A DNA stretch of 55,326 nucleotides, counting the filler, from Platydemus manokwari (lineage: Eukaryota): assembly GCA_037951405.1 (NCBI GenBank). It is 5 parts of 5 records of this genome, joined end to end, with 100 filler letters (N's around TTAATTAATTAA, not from the genome) between each part and the next. Parts side by side here need not be neighbours in the genome. Positions count along the whole stretch, not along the records: positions 17,763 to 28,618 come from JBBMOY011100443.1; positions 28,719 to 37,486 come from JBBMOY011352982.1; 3 more parts are not named here. One strand, 5' to 3'. Positions 24,301 to 37,586 of this stretch are shown one piece after another. Within the stretch, counting starts at the first letter, position 1. Each line of letters begins with the position of its first letter. Under the pieces are notes generated by a model that was not told where the DNA came from, searched no databases, and saw nothing but the letters and a program-made list of their open reading frames with translations. The translations under genes and the position numbers were made by a program.

Positions 24301-26222
24301 ACTGTTAACAAGTGAGAATCAGCATGTAAACTCAGTACTTTAAAAACAGAAGTGATTGTGCACCTCGGTTAAGGTGATGTCAATATGTTCTTAGTGGATT
24401 ATTTTAAATAGATAAACACTTCTGATTTTGACCAGAAACATGAATAATTTTTTGTCTAACAATTTCATGAGAGAGATAATCGATTATTTTGTAATCGATA
24501 ATTTTGCTATGATATTCCAAGCGACAGTTTTCTTATATAAAACTAGCAAGTTTGTTTCATTTCGAATTATATTTAATACCACAGAATTTAAGTGTTAATT
24601 ATTTTGTCATTTAATTCCTCGCAATTTTCTCAAGATATCCTCATTTCTCTGTTCTTTAGATTTTTTGAAAATAAAATATTTTTTAAAAAAATACTTATTA
24701 GATGAATTACCTGAGCTGATTCGATATCATAAAAAACCATGAGATTTTATTGATCATTTTATTCGACATTTATTGTGCAAATTTTTTTCGAAATTAATTC
24801 TAGTAATAAACTATAAATTATTTATGATTTGTTTTAAAATTAATGGTCATCAAATTTTTTATATTTTCATTAGGCCTTTCATTTTTTAAATTCAAAATAA
24901 ATGATATTTATTTGATAAATTTTATTGAAATCTAGCCAGTAAATTTATCGTTGTAATAGATTTTTAAAGTTTATTGTTACAGGCTAACTAAAACAGTTGA
25001 TTAATTTAATTCCATTTCTTTATAAGATTCACATTTTATATTTAAAAGATATAGTTATATGACAAACCTTTGACATGAGCAAATAAATACAAAATATCAT
25101 GTCCCATTATTCTTGCACAATAGTCGAATGCCTTTACACAATTGAGTTAATACACTAACTTTACTTTAACAATGACTACTTGTATTACACTTTAAACTGT
25201 AACAGTGGTAATCTTAAAGCACTGTCTATTTACCTTTAGTATCAAAACTCTTAATAAGCTTTTACTTATATGTCCTTAATTAATTTTCAGTTCATAACTA
25301 ATGTGTGTATCCAGCAAAACAAATTCGTTCAACAAAATATTCATATTTACTCTCTTTCATATATATTTATCCAGCAATAGAAAAGTTTTATCATTTATTA
25401 TTCTTTTTAATATTGACTGCACTCACTGTTTTGAATTCCATTAATTAGAGTATCATATAAATGACCTCTACACTTTCAATTAATGATACGGTGACTCAAT
25501 CGACATTGTTTAGTTTTTCATTAATTATCATCTGAAAATTATCTAAGCGAACTTTGTATTGCTGATCAATTGCATTTCCTTTGTTTACGTGAATGGATCA
25601 ATATCGGGATTAATATCTGCTTTGTAAATTTATCAATTTGATTTCTCATTTCAATCTATTTTCGATTGCAACATATTATTTGATTTAAGTAATTGTTTTT
25701 TTCTTCAGCTGCAGTTATATATTATAATTCCTTTCTACGATGAGCTATTTCTTCCTTTTTATCTGAAAATATTTCTCAATTATTCCATTGTGAAAAATGT
25801 CAAAGCAAAATCATTTTTAAATGTAAATTTGTATTTATTTTGAGTTGAATTGATATTATTATTACATTTTCCAAATTTTTAATGCAAGATGCAAATCAAT
25901 ATAGAAAGAAGCGAAAGTTTAACAAGTTGAAGTTCATGTTTGTTGGTACTTCGCGTTTCTTTGTTCTTCCAATTGAGTGACTTCGTCCTTTGATGTAAAT
26001 AAATAGATTAACATTACATTTCATATACCAACATCGACATAACATATTAATCAATTTGTGAAACAAAATCATTTAGCATCTAAATCAATAGTTTAACAAG
26101 TCTTATACTTCAGTAAAAACTCATGAATAATTTACTTAAATAATAAAATAAAATTTAATTAAATATTTTAGTACAATTTGTTTAAATGAATCAATTTAAC
26201 AATGTGCAGGAACATCGTAGAG

Positions 26223-26327
26223 CAGGGGTAGCCAACCGGTCGATCTTGAAGCCAATTTTAGTCGGTCGCGTGATATGTTATTTAAATGAAAAGTCGATCT
26301 TACGTACACAAAAGTTGGCCACCTCTG
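26223..26327. mobile_element. hAT (Buster/Charlie-type) MITE, 105 bp
   Basis: TIRs CAGGGGTAGCCAAC / GTTGGCCACCTCTG. 8-bp TSD TCGTAGAG / TCATAGAG (7/8 match, central TA). Confidence 0.85.
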
Positions 26328-26669
26328 TCATAGAGTACATTTGTTGCAACAATTTCATGGTCGGAAACTTCTATCGAAAACTTTAGTGTGATTATTCTGA
26401 CCAACAGTCTTTTATGGTTGTTGTTTCTATCGAGTTTGTATCTAAATTAACCTTTATTTGGATTTCATTTTTCGGTGAAAGTCAATTTAGATTTTAAAGA
26501 ATGATTAAAATAATAAATGAAAGTATCTAATTAAATCAAATGAAAAAGTGTTTTAAAATAATTTTTCATGCATTATATTTTATTGGTGATTGCTACTTTC
26601 ATATAATATTGATGTTGCCAGGTAAACAATTTTTTAAAATGTTTTTAATAAATGATTTCCTTTAATTTG

Positions 26670-27360
26670 GTTTGTTGTGTATTCTAATTGCTTGAGACGT
26701 CAAAGATATTACAGACCTTTCAGTTATTTGTATATTGATGGATGAGATACACAATACAACCCAATTTGCGATGCAGTCGAATTCTGTAACAAATTTAATG
26801 GAAGATAAGCTTTGAATACTGAAATAAAAACTATTGGAACCTTTGTAAATGAGAATAACCTTTATTTTACAGATTTTACAGATTTTTTTGAAGAGAAATT
26901 CCTTAATAAGATTCGATGGAGAAATATTAATATATCTTTGACTAAAAATGTAAACATATTGGATATTGGTGAACAGAATAATTATGATAGAAGCAAGCAT
27001 TGCGCTATGCATTATCAAAAAGTAATAATGGACACAAGTTGCATAAGTAATCTCAGTTATTTATTCGTTTTTAAAATTTATTTTTGCAAAATAAAAATCA
27101 TACGTTCACCAATTACAATATTATTGGCTGTTATTGGAACCGAATTATGAAAAGCAAACAACAACAAATAATTAAATGTCATTAAAAATATTGTGTAAGT
27201 GTCTTCAAGATGTCAACTGCAAATTGTTCTATTATGGTGAAATCAAGAACCAATGAGTGTTGTCTAAATATGTTTAAATTACATTACCATAAAGCTGGTA
27301 TAATGGTTTGAAGATAAGGCATGGATATCATATGGAAGAGCCATGAAATATTTATTTATA
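26670..27360 (+). pseudogene. Decayed coding sequence of unknown identity
   Basis: The frame of ORF 26812-27150 extends upstream through two stops (…YSNCLRRQRYYRPFSYLYIDG*DTQYNPICDAVEFCNKFNGR*ALNTEIK…). No family recognised. Confidence 0.3.
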
Positions 27361-27689
27361 TATACTTGCATAGTAATTTCATTTAATCGCATTTTGTGAT
27401 AATAATTATTATTGCCATTTCTTCTGTTGTTGATATGACCTTAAAATGATGTTAATTATATTAAAATTAAAATTTAAATTAAGATCTATTTTAAAAGTAA
27501 AAATTTTGTTTTAATTATTCTTTACAAGCTGAATTGCAATTACTTATTTGAGAAGTAAATCGTTTTGTGTTGATATTGATAAAATATTGAGAAAATATGA
27601 GAACTGTTTATTGAAAAATAATAATCTCAGTTTAAAATAAAATAAATACAGGACATTGTAGATTTTGATTCGTTAAATTTATTAAATGT

Positions 27690-28270
27690 TTGACAAATTA
27701 TTTGTAAGTATTGTCGGATTCCAAAAAACATGACTTTTAACTGGCAGTTGAGCATGTTTCCATCGGTATTTATATCTAAGATTTGTGTGTCATTTTTGTA
27801 TCATGTTTTGATTTGATCTTTTATTTCTCAAAGTTCCCCTTGGATTTTGTATATTCTGAATTGGTCAATCACTATGTGTGTTACTGTGTGGTTATACTCT
27901 TGTTTTGAATTATAATTTTTCTTTTAAGTTAGCGGGGATTAGTTGGTTGCTATAGTTGTATGGTTGTGTACATATGCAAATGGGTTAAAGCGCTAAATTA
28001 AGGAATTTAATATGTAAATTTGTTTTCCTTTTGCAAGGTTTCATCTGTATTCAGCAATTTCTCATTTTATTATTCAAATGATATCCTATAAGAACACCCT
28101 ATGATATCTCATGAATTTTGTAGAGTTAATAACTGATTAATTAACAGCTGAATGTGGCTCTGTTATACAGTTTCCACTGATATTAGAATCAATAATTCGA
28201 TGAGCATATCGGTGATCCATTCAATTTGGACATTTGATTCTAGAAAGCGTTGGGTCCATATTTTGTTACA
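27690..28270 (-). mobile_element. Gypsy pol remnant (RNase H end to integrase Zn domain)
   Basis: Minus-strand fragments K*EIAEYR*NLAKGKQ (cf. RW...L.EY...Y.KG..N) and HTNLRYKYRWKH. The DNA is colinear with about 29990-30320. Confidence 0.55.
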
Positions 28271-28618
28271 AAGATAATGAATATTTTTTAAATTAATAAT
28301 AAATGATATAATCAAAATAAATGATAAATCAATAAATTGGTTCTTTTTTCAGTATTTTTGATGAAATTTCAAGTTAATAGATGCATGTTTAAATGAAAAA
28401 AACAATAAATAAAATTTAAATATTAAAAACAGCAATGTAATAAATTTATAATTAAACGAAAAAAACACTATTTCTTGCTGAATTATTATGACAAAAATAA
28501 TATTTCAAAACAAAACAACCACTTAAATTTTCTAGATAACACTAAAACAAAAAATAGATTATTATTTTATAAAATTATATTGCTGTTTTTAATATTTAAA
28601 TTTTATTTATTGTTTTTT

Positions 28619-28718
28619 NNNNNNNNNNNNNNNNNNNNNNNNNNNNNNNNNNNNNNNNNNNNTTAATTAATTAANNNNNNNNNNNNNNNNNNNNNNNNNN
28701 NNNNNNNNNNNNNNNNNN
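28619..28718. other. Assembly gap spacer (artificial)
   Basis: 44 N + TTAATTAATTAA + 44 N. Confidence 0.97.
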
Positions 28719-29399
28719 TTAACGTTTATAATTTATTTAATTTTTTTAAATCGTATTTTAAAAGTTGTTATTTTTAATTATTTTAATTAACCTCACACTA
28801 TCTATAGAGGTATTCGATAAGAATAAACAATTCGTGATTTATTTATTTTTGTCCGTCATTTATTTTTGAATCCTGTAATTAGAGAATTCGGTAAGTAATG
28901 AAAGAATATTTATTTCCCATTTTCTGTTATCTTATAAGCAAGAATGAGATGGTGGAGATGGTTCTTGGAAATAGTAAATAAAGTAAATAATTAAGAACAC
29001 TGTTTGCAGTCTGGTTGTAATTTAGCAATACCTGCACAATTCTTATGCAGGTCAATAACTTATTATGTTTCAAATGTTTAGCTTTTCTGAGATTATCGTA
29101 TAATTTACATTTTCCCTCGTTTAAATTGAGTTTTTTAAAGGTGAATGATGATTTAAATGTAGAAATTTCATAGAATAATGATTAAATGTTTATTGTGTAG
29201 AGGTATTTAGTAAGTTTGAATATGAATTATATATTTAAAATATTAAACAAACATATTCAAAAACCTAGCTCTTATATTAATAATGGAATCGATTTAAATT
29301 TCCCCTACTATAAGCGAAATATTCGTTCACTAGATTTCAATTACAACTCTCTCATTGGCAAAATTTTCTCTAATATTCCAATAAATTATATTGGATAAA

Positions 29400-30325
29400 A
29401 TCTAATATAAGGCCCCCATAAGCCAAACCATATAAATAGGCTAACAACAGTCAGTACCTTGGCCAATTTCGAATCCGCTAAGCCCTATTTTTTGAAACCA
29501 GTAAATCCAATCTCAAGTTGATGCTAAATTTTAATTCAATAAACCAATTCGTTGCCAATTTAAGAAATGTCCTGTATGTTACTAGAAGATCATCAAATAA
29601 ATTACCAAACGTATAATCCAACAATAACAGAGCCGAAAAGCGTGAAATCAAATCAATTTTTACATATTCGTATTTAAAGCCAGTCTCACTGCTCTGTGCA
29701 ATTATGTCTAAATACCAATCATAATCTTTCCGAAAAATTGGAATCATTAATTTTAATATTTTGATTTAGTTATCTGATAGATCATTGGCTATTGTTTAAT
29801 TTTATTCTGAGTTAAATTGTATATTTGTATTTAACAAATGAACCTTTTTGTTGCTGTCTAAAGGACTCAAAGGTTTTGATTTACATTTCACTAAATTGTA
29901 CTAATCAGAGAGTACACAAATGATTCTAAATCTCGCCACAATACTTAATAAATCATTATAAAACAATAGCATAAAACTCGACTTCCAACTCGCTGATGGA
30001 CATCTTTAGATCAGTATTTGTATTTGAGATTTGTATGCAATTTATGTATCACCTTTGTATCACGATTTTACTAGATCTTTTATTTCTCAAGTTCCAATTC
30101 CATTTATTGATTTTGTGTGCTCGGAATATATTAATCCCTATATGTGTGCGACACGGTAGTTATGTTCTTTTTCTAATTATAATTGACCATTTAAGTCCTC
30201 TGTGATTAGTAGATCACTATACCAGTATGTTTGTGTAGGCATGCAAATATTTAAAGTGCTAAAATAAAGGTTTCAATGCGCAAAATAGTTTTTTGTGAGA
30301 TTCGTCAGTACTCAAATTTTTTATG
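29400..30325 (-). mobile_element. Gypsy integrase remnant
   Basis: ORF 29478-29747 reads WYLDII…GFKYEYVKIDLISRF…, the start of the rve core (D…G.KY.LV.ID.FSR). Upstream, HKLHTNLKYKY*SKDV…V…C fits the integrase Zn-binding region. Confidence 0.7.
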
Positions 30326-30399
30326 AAAATCAAGTTCTAGCTGTTTATCGACGAGTGTGAATGGTATCGTAATTTTATTTTGTTAAAAAATTATCAACT

Positions 30400-30830
30400 T
30401 CATTATCAACTCATTACCATTTGAAATCGATAAATGGTGCTCAAAGAGTTGGAAATCAAGAGAGACTGGTATATAAGAGCAACATCACTTTTGTCTTTTC
30501 CATAATCGTTAAATTACCGATAGAGGTCGAGGTAAACGGTCATAGTAATTGAATTAATATGCAAGGCTTAAAAAACTTCTCAGTTCATTGATTATAAGAC
30601 AAAAGTAGTGTCAAAAAGGATTAATAAGATAAGAAATCCAATCCAACACGAAAAGTATCGACACAAAAGATTTCTTAAAGAAACAAACTGATGAGACAAG
30701 TAACGAAATAACTACAAGAAAGATATCCTTGTTTAAAATGTAACCAAACAAATCAATATTCTATCAAAGGCAACGCATTACTATTTACCGAACAGCATTC
30801 ACATCGAGGATTCTAGCGCAACATGTAATT
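30400..30830 (+). mobile_element. Possible gag-like remnant
   Basis: A basic stretch followed by a decayed zinc knuckle CLKCNQTNQYSIKG at about 30730 (CX2CX4HX4C with H and the last C lost). Confidence 0.3.
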
Positions 30831-31369
30831 GTCTGCCAATAATATTTAAGGCTATTATTAATTTTTTATCATTACTATAGTTTCTACTAAATCTTAATAA
30901 TAATCATTTTATTCGCTAAATTCGTTACAAGCCATTTTCCAGCTTTCTTCCATACCATTTGTGGTGTTCGTTGGCTATCTATGTTCCAGTGTTATTCTAC
31001 CTATTTTGTACAGAGTTCCTTTTTACATTTCTTATTGAATTATTACTAGTTATCTTATCGTTTGTGTCATTATTGTGAGAAATATCGAAGAATCAATCAA
31101 TATTTGTGAAAATTTTACATGAAATTTCAATACAATATTAAAATCAAATAAATTATATTTATATTTAAAATTTTAAACTGTGGTCAAGATAAATATTATT
31201 TGAAAACTTTCTTGGAAATTTTTTTAACTCAAGTGTTTAATGAAATATATATTTAAAAGCCTTTTAATGACGGGAATTAATATTTCTGACAACTACCGCT
31301 AACAATAACACAACGATTGATAACGGAATAATGTAGGAATTTCGCTGAATGAAATCGAGAGTAGATGAT

Positions 31370-31740
31370 GATTAAGAAATTATCCAACAATAGTTTATCG
31401 ATAAACTATTCAGGTAATTAAGTAAGAGTAGTTAGAAGAGATGTTTGCTGCTTCCATCAAAGATCTGGCTCCTAACGGAATAATAAATTGAGCGTAACAT
31501 GATATAAATATTACAGTGATAATAACCAAATTCTGATACCAATAAGTATATTATAATAGAAGATTAACAAATCTGTGATGTATGAATTGGTGTCCTCAAG
31601 ATGATAAAAATCGCCGGAGAGAACTAACAACACCATCATATGATTTTAGAGTCCAAAAAAGACTTATCAAATTGGTGGGATTTATTAGATTAATGTTTTA
31701 CAACGTATCTCCTGTCGGAGATTGATGCAAAAATACGAAT
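31370..31740. repeat. Unclassified interspersed repeat, diverged copy 2
   Basis: Colinear shared blocks with about 11590-12000. Confidence 0.55.
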
Positions 31741-33659
31741 AGATTTGATAATAATAATGCTTACCATGATTTCCTAATGTTTGATGGAATATGGTTATTA
31801 CATATGGTTATTCCGCGAATGATGCTTACAAACGATAACTGGTTTGATTCGATTTGAATACACCAATTGAAATAAATTATAGTTGTTATGACCGTACATC
31901 CGAAGAAAATGTGTGCTGAAGTTTTACGTCTGGAATTGGTGCTGTATTATTGTGACTCGGCAGACGCATGCGATCCGTATGAGAAATAATTGCGCTTGAA
32001 TTTAATGGGATATCTGATTTGATGTACAGAGCTTATATAGCTTCAATCTTGTAGGTGTGATGATTAATTTTTTCACATTTTTCTATGTTTCCATAATGAA
32101 TTTCTATGCAACCATGGTGATTTGAATTTAAAATCAAATCTCTATGAAATTTCTATGGAAACGTATTTTTTTAAAATTTGAATTAGTCATAATTTTGTAT
32201 TTCATAGTTTTTATACTCACATTTTTTATTTTGATTTGTATATCATTTATATTATGTATGCTATGTATGTTTCCCCTTATGGGCATATATCTAACAATAA
32301 GTATGGAATATTTTGAAATATCAACACATCATAATCCCAACAATATTTATTAATTTTTCCGTACTTCTGACGATACACGCGATAGTATGAGTCAGTAGAG
32401 ACAATATGATAGAAACAATCTCGTTTGTAAAAATTAGTTCTTCGCTGAGTTAAGTTTGACCCTCTGGCAGTCTGGTCCTTTTTATCACTAGCGTTTTATC
32501 ACCATATAAGCTGTTGAAATACCTTGTAAAGGACAGTAACTAACTTTGTAAAATACATATTATCAGCTCTCAAAACAAAATATTACCTATCAACATAGTA
32601 TTTGTTTCATTCCTTTTTTGTACTAATTATCTGATAATTGTAATTAAATAAATACTTTTTCTATTATTGATAATAATAGTGAACATTATTATCAATATTA
32701 TCATTATTATCCGCATCCTTACAAACACCATTATATTCATGAGATACCAAAATCCAATAACAACGAATCCAATTAATTTTATGATACTAGTTTTAGTCCA
32801 TTTCAATGATGAGGAGTGGACTGCAAAACCATAAATAATATTGACCAAATGTTGAGATTATCAATAGTTTGATCAGAAAAAATATTCAGAACCTTCATTT
32901 TTAATTTAGCCATTTTTGCTATCAAAAATATTACAATCACTGACTGCTACATGACATGATCTATCAAATGCAGTTAAAACACAGAACCACAGAACATAAT
33001 TTATTTTCAATGTTTTCATCGGATCACAATATCAGTGTTCCGCTATGAGAATATCAACAAATATGAACTATTATGGCCAGAGTATAAATATATAGGTAAC
33101 ATTATTATTAATATCTTGAATTTTTAATGGTAATCATGTGATCGAAGATTATTGGTAAATGATCTTATACCAATAATTTAAATTTAGCTAACAACAATCA
33201 TGCTATTCTCAGTATCGACGATAGTCGAATAAAATGCATAAAGTATATGGCTCCGTTGTAGACTTTTAGACATGGATCGTCTTTTCATCTATCATCATAT
33301 CAGATTGACAAGAGAGAATTGTCTAACATATAATGAAATCGTTTTGGAATATCAAATAAATTAATCACTCTTTGTAATTCTATCGCCTTTAATTTTTATT
33401 CAACTTCATACACCGAAACCAGGTGTTTGATTTCGTTAATATTAAATAAAGAATTTATCTTTAGAGAGAATAATTTTACTTATGAGATAAGAAATCTGTA
33501 CTTAGAGCTGATAAATAGCAATGAATAATGACCGATTCTGGGAAAATTACAATCAAATAATTCTTTATCAAGAAATTTATTTTAGAATTTTAGAACATTT
33601 AATTTAGAATATCTTTTACAGAATTGAAAACGTTGTAATCTAATTTTGGACGAAGAACA

Positions 33660-34381
33660 TATCTATCTATCTATCTATCAGTTGGAGATAACACCCAAGT
33701 CAATCTCTTTGCATCCAAATTAATCTCTCTACACACTCAAATCAAAATCCAAATTCTCTCTTAGCACACCTAAATCAATCTCGGTACGAATCGTCACATC
33801 TATAAAATCACCCATAATCACCTCACCCAATTCCTACATCTTTCTGAAATTCTCAATTCAACAAATTCTCAATTTAGCAAATCGAATTTTTTTGGATTGT
33901 AAATCGGTAAGGATATCGATGAGAGGCAACAAATTTTAATAATTGTTTTAAATAATCTTTAAATCATAATTTTAAAAACTAACTAAATAACGATAGCGAA
34001 TATAAGAATAAAATCACCAGATAATGCTAATTATAATAGCTATAATAATAGTACGAATTCTGAAAACAATCAAATATTAAAACAAGCTGAAACAATGAAA
34101 ATAATAAAGTAAAATAATAACAAAATAAGTATTTATCTTATTCAAAAAATTAGTGGGTAGAATAAGTTAGAAAGAATTATCATGCAGTTTATAAGCAAAT
34201 AAAAAACTAACGGCCAGTGTGCAAGAAAAAATCGAAAAAAATAAAATAAAAAAATATATAAACTCAAATAAAGCTGTGCCAGTACTCAAGAAAGGCATTA
34301 GTAAATAGGCAATGTATAAAAGCCACACCTTTTTGCATCTATCCATCTATCCATCTATTTATCTATCTATCCATTTATCTA
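33660..34381. repeat. Segment of about 660 bp bracketed by (TCTA)n tracts, with short internal tandem units
   Basis: (ATCT)n at 33660-33679 and degenerate (ATCY)n at 34336-34381. Units like CACCCAAGTCAATCTCT recur about four times in 33690-33785. Confidence 0.45.
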
Positions 34382-34559
34382 ATTAATTTTCTAATCAGCG
34401 AATCAGAAATTCGTGTTTCAATTCTTGTCGGTAATTAAAAATTATAAGTCAACCGTTTATCATTATGCTTACTCGGTAAATTCTTAATCATTTGATTTAG
34501 ATTTTGATTCCTTTGTTATCCTTGAAGTATTTGGTATGGAACTGGTGAGATCTGAGTGA

Positions 34560-35650
34560 CATGTCATTCTCATTTCATCAAATATTTCAGGATGATTTAC
34601 AATTAATTTGTTTTTGATACACCTCACCTATTTCTGTGTAATTACATCGTGCGGCATTTTCACTGAATTCACAGAAGAATCTCATTGCACCAACGTCGTA
34701 TCGTGTTATCTTGTTACGGTGATAAAGACCTGATCGATAAAATGAAATGAAATATCATTTTACCGATTATGAATCGTCGGTAAAACGCAATACATTAACC
34801 AAATACAAATCAACATTTTCATTTCAACTGAATTTTCCACAGTACCAGTGAAAAAACTATATTTCTAAAGCTTCAAAGTGTTATCACAGAAATTTTTGTC
34901 AGACGGAAATGACAAATTTGTATTTCGTTTCAAATACTTATCATGGGGTTTTGACAGTTTTCAAGATATCTGTTCTTGGTGTGTGATATTTCTTCAGCGA
35001 TTGCTAATTCGTCTCAAAATAATGGATATCGATATGGAAAATTATTTTAGGCTACATTGCTAATAATTATTATAATAGTAATAATAATTATTATTTATGA
35101 CGCACTTGCTTGCCAATTTTTCATCTATTCAATAAAATAATATTACCAAGGAAACATTGCCAAATATTGATTTTATCAAAGAGAATTATAAAATTGATTT
35201 TATTTCTTGACAAATCAGGAGATTTTTTCTAAAAAAATAATTGTTTCATTTTAATTGGAAGCTTATAAATGATTATAAGCTACTTATTTTGTTTGAATGG
35301 ATTAGAACTTTAATATTTCATTAAATCCACATTTATCGATTTGATGATTATCAAAAATAAGTTCGAATTTTATCAATTAATTATTTTTTCATTAAAATAT
35401 TATTTATGTGATAATTTTTAATAAATAACTTGAATATTTTAATTAAAATAAATAATTAAAAATACTTTTAAATTATTATTGATTCTAGTACTAGCTACTT
35501 CGCTTGAAATTGGTGATTCAACAAAAGAAGTCATTGTTACTATTTTCTTAAATTGTATTTAATGACAACAAATAAAACAGATTTTAAACAAATTTAAATT
35601 CTAGAGAGATTTAATTATCAATCTTAATCAGGTATAGATAAAAATATTTA
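34560..35650 (+). pseudogene. Second copy of the unclassified decayed coding family with the conserved tail
   Basis: …LCNYIVRHFH…ISLHQRRI… and …FLQRLLIRLKIMDID…; the tail is shared with 18905-19065. Confidence 0.35.
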
Positions 35651-35711
35651 AGTTATTTAGTAATTACTTTATATTAAAATATCCAATAAAAATTTCAAAA
35701 TACTATTTTTT

Positions 35712-36702
35712 GGCTTAAGTTAAGAAAAAGGGTCTTTGGGTCCAATTTTAAAGTAATGACTTTTCGAGAGTTATTTGATATTAAAATTTATTTGTAATAA
35801 TTTTTTAATGAATTTTTTACAAAAAATTCGATTTTAGATTAAAAACCAAAAATCAACTCTAACGATGGAAAACAATGTCTTCGATGCCCCCTACTATATT
35901 TGGCACTTTCAAAACATTCCTCGTCAATTTATATGTCGATATTTAGGTCTGGAATTATGTTTCTATGACAAGATATTTCTTCATTGGCGAGGAATCTACA
36001 AATTTTGTTTTATCTCAATAAATAATTTTAAATTGTTGGTTTTATAAAACTAGAAATTGTTAGTTTTCTAATGAATTTGTAAATATAATATATTTTTAAA
36101 TATAATTTTTTTGTGTGAGCCCCGTGCACCAAAAATACTTCATTCAGAATGTCGAAAAGGGACAAGGCTGAATTGTTGAACCATTTCCCTATTTGAATTA
36201 CGAAACTTATATATTTGTGGCATCTTCACCTGCACGATTTATTTGATTTGGATCAAATCTTCATTTCATTACAACATCGACAGGTTTCGAATCTATGTAT
36301 CCAATCTATTAAATAGATATTAATATACTTATTTTGAGAGAAAACTGAAGTATCTTGTTCATGGCACTTCTCAATAATTTCGAAATCACCTTTTTTTTAT
36401 AAAATAACTCTAAAAATCTTAGATATCATTCTGAATGCTTCTAATGTTGAAAAAAGGAGTTCTCGCTAATTTTCAATTAATTGCATTTTGACCTATTTTG
36501 ACCCGTTTTTCAAATAATTAATTTTTAGGAGATTTTAAAAATTCTGTGCATGTATTATTTGATTCTAAATAACTAAAATTTTACTCAAGTACTTAAATAA
36601 AAAATTCATAAAAGAATTTAATTAAATAATCTATATAGATTTTTGCAATACACTCCACAATTTTAAAATTTAATTTTAGGACCCTATTTTTTAACTTTAG
36701 CC
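35712..36702 (-). mobile_element. Merlin (IS1595/IS1016-like) DNA transposon deletion derivative with transposase pseudogene, copy C
   Basis: TIRs GGCTTAAGTTAAGAAAAAGGGTC / GACCCTATTTTTTAACTTTAGCC. Minus-strand translation of about 36310-35865 gives an N-terminal Zn-ribbon (ETCRCCNEMKI…R*RCHK…GKWFNNSALSLFDIL…YFWC). It also gives DI*IDEECFESAKYSRGH, matching the Merlin/IS1595 VEIDES.F…KY.RG catalytic motif. The rest of the DDE domain is deleted. Confidence 0.85.
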
Positions 36703-37172
36703 AAAATTATTCTTAGTTAATTTAAATTTTCCTCACAATTTAAATATACCTTTATTTAAATTTCTTTAATCGTTTTCAATTATTATTCGACGAAAATGTC
36801 GCTGCAGTGTTTCCTAAAACTTATATGAGACGATTAAATCAGTTAACTGATGTTGTTGATTATTGATAATATTAAACCAATGATTATTTCGTTATTTACG
36901 ATCGATCGATAAATACGATTTAAGATCATTAAAGAGGTCGAAAATATTTCATTTAAAATCATGTGGTTAAAACATTTAACTTTATTTACAGAAAATCACG
37001 CACAATTTACTTGAAATAGCTAAAGGAAGATTGACGGTTATAATTCAAGTAACTGTTATCAGTGACGGAAAACATTACAAGTGATAAATTGATTGGAAGA
37101 TATCTCAGTGGATATTTTTAAATAATTTTAATCATCTTACAAATCACTTTATTAAAACTCGTCAAATATCAC

Positions 37173-37486
37173 TGTAAGCCGCTATTATTTTATAAAAACG
37201 CATCAAACAAGAACTGAAACAGACACGATTCTAAATTATGTATTTAAACAAAATATAATTTTATAAAAAATTAAATTTTATACAAATTATATATAAAATT
37301 ATATATAAAATTAAATCTTCGAAAACTTAATACAATTTTAATATTCAGGCACCCTCTTTCTTTAAAATCTTTGATTTACGTTGCAGTCTTAATCGATATT
37401 GTATCGAACACTTTACATAGTTATCTACATAAAAGGTCTAATTCTTCTTTCTTTTTTATATCTTCTCTACATCTTCTTTATATCTT
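37173..37486 (-). mobile_element. TRIM-like element, second copy (3' LTR, PPT and internal region; cut by the gap)
   Basis: LTR 37173-37351 (TGTAAGCCGCTATTATTTT…AATATTCAGGCA). CCCTCTTTCTTT is the PPT on the minus strand. Internal TATATCTTCTCTACATCTTCTTTATAT is the reverse complement of about 16313-16339. Confidence 0.7.
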
Positions 37487-37586
37487 NNNNNNNNNNNNNN
37501 NNNNNNNNNNNNNNNNNNNNNNNNNNNNNNTTAATTAATTAANNNNNNNNNNNNNNNNNNNNNNNNNNNNNNNNNNNNNNNNNNNN
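37487..37586. other. Assembly gap spacer (artificial)
   Basis: 44 N + TTAATTAATTAA + 44 N. Confidence 0.97.

Noticed and set aside
30681-30734. Hammerhead-like CTGATGA…GAAA…TC arrangement
   Set aside because: Stem II has one pair, stem III three weak pairs, and stem I a mismatch next to the core. It overlaps a probable gag remnant and is likely chance.
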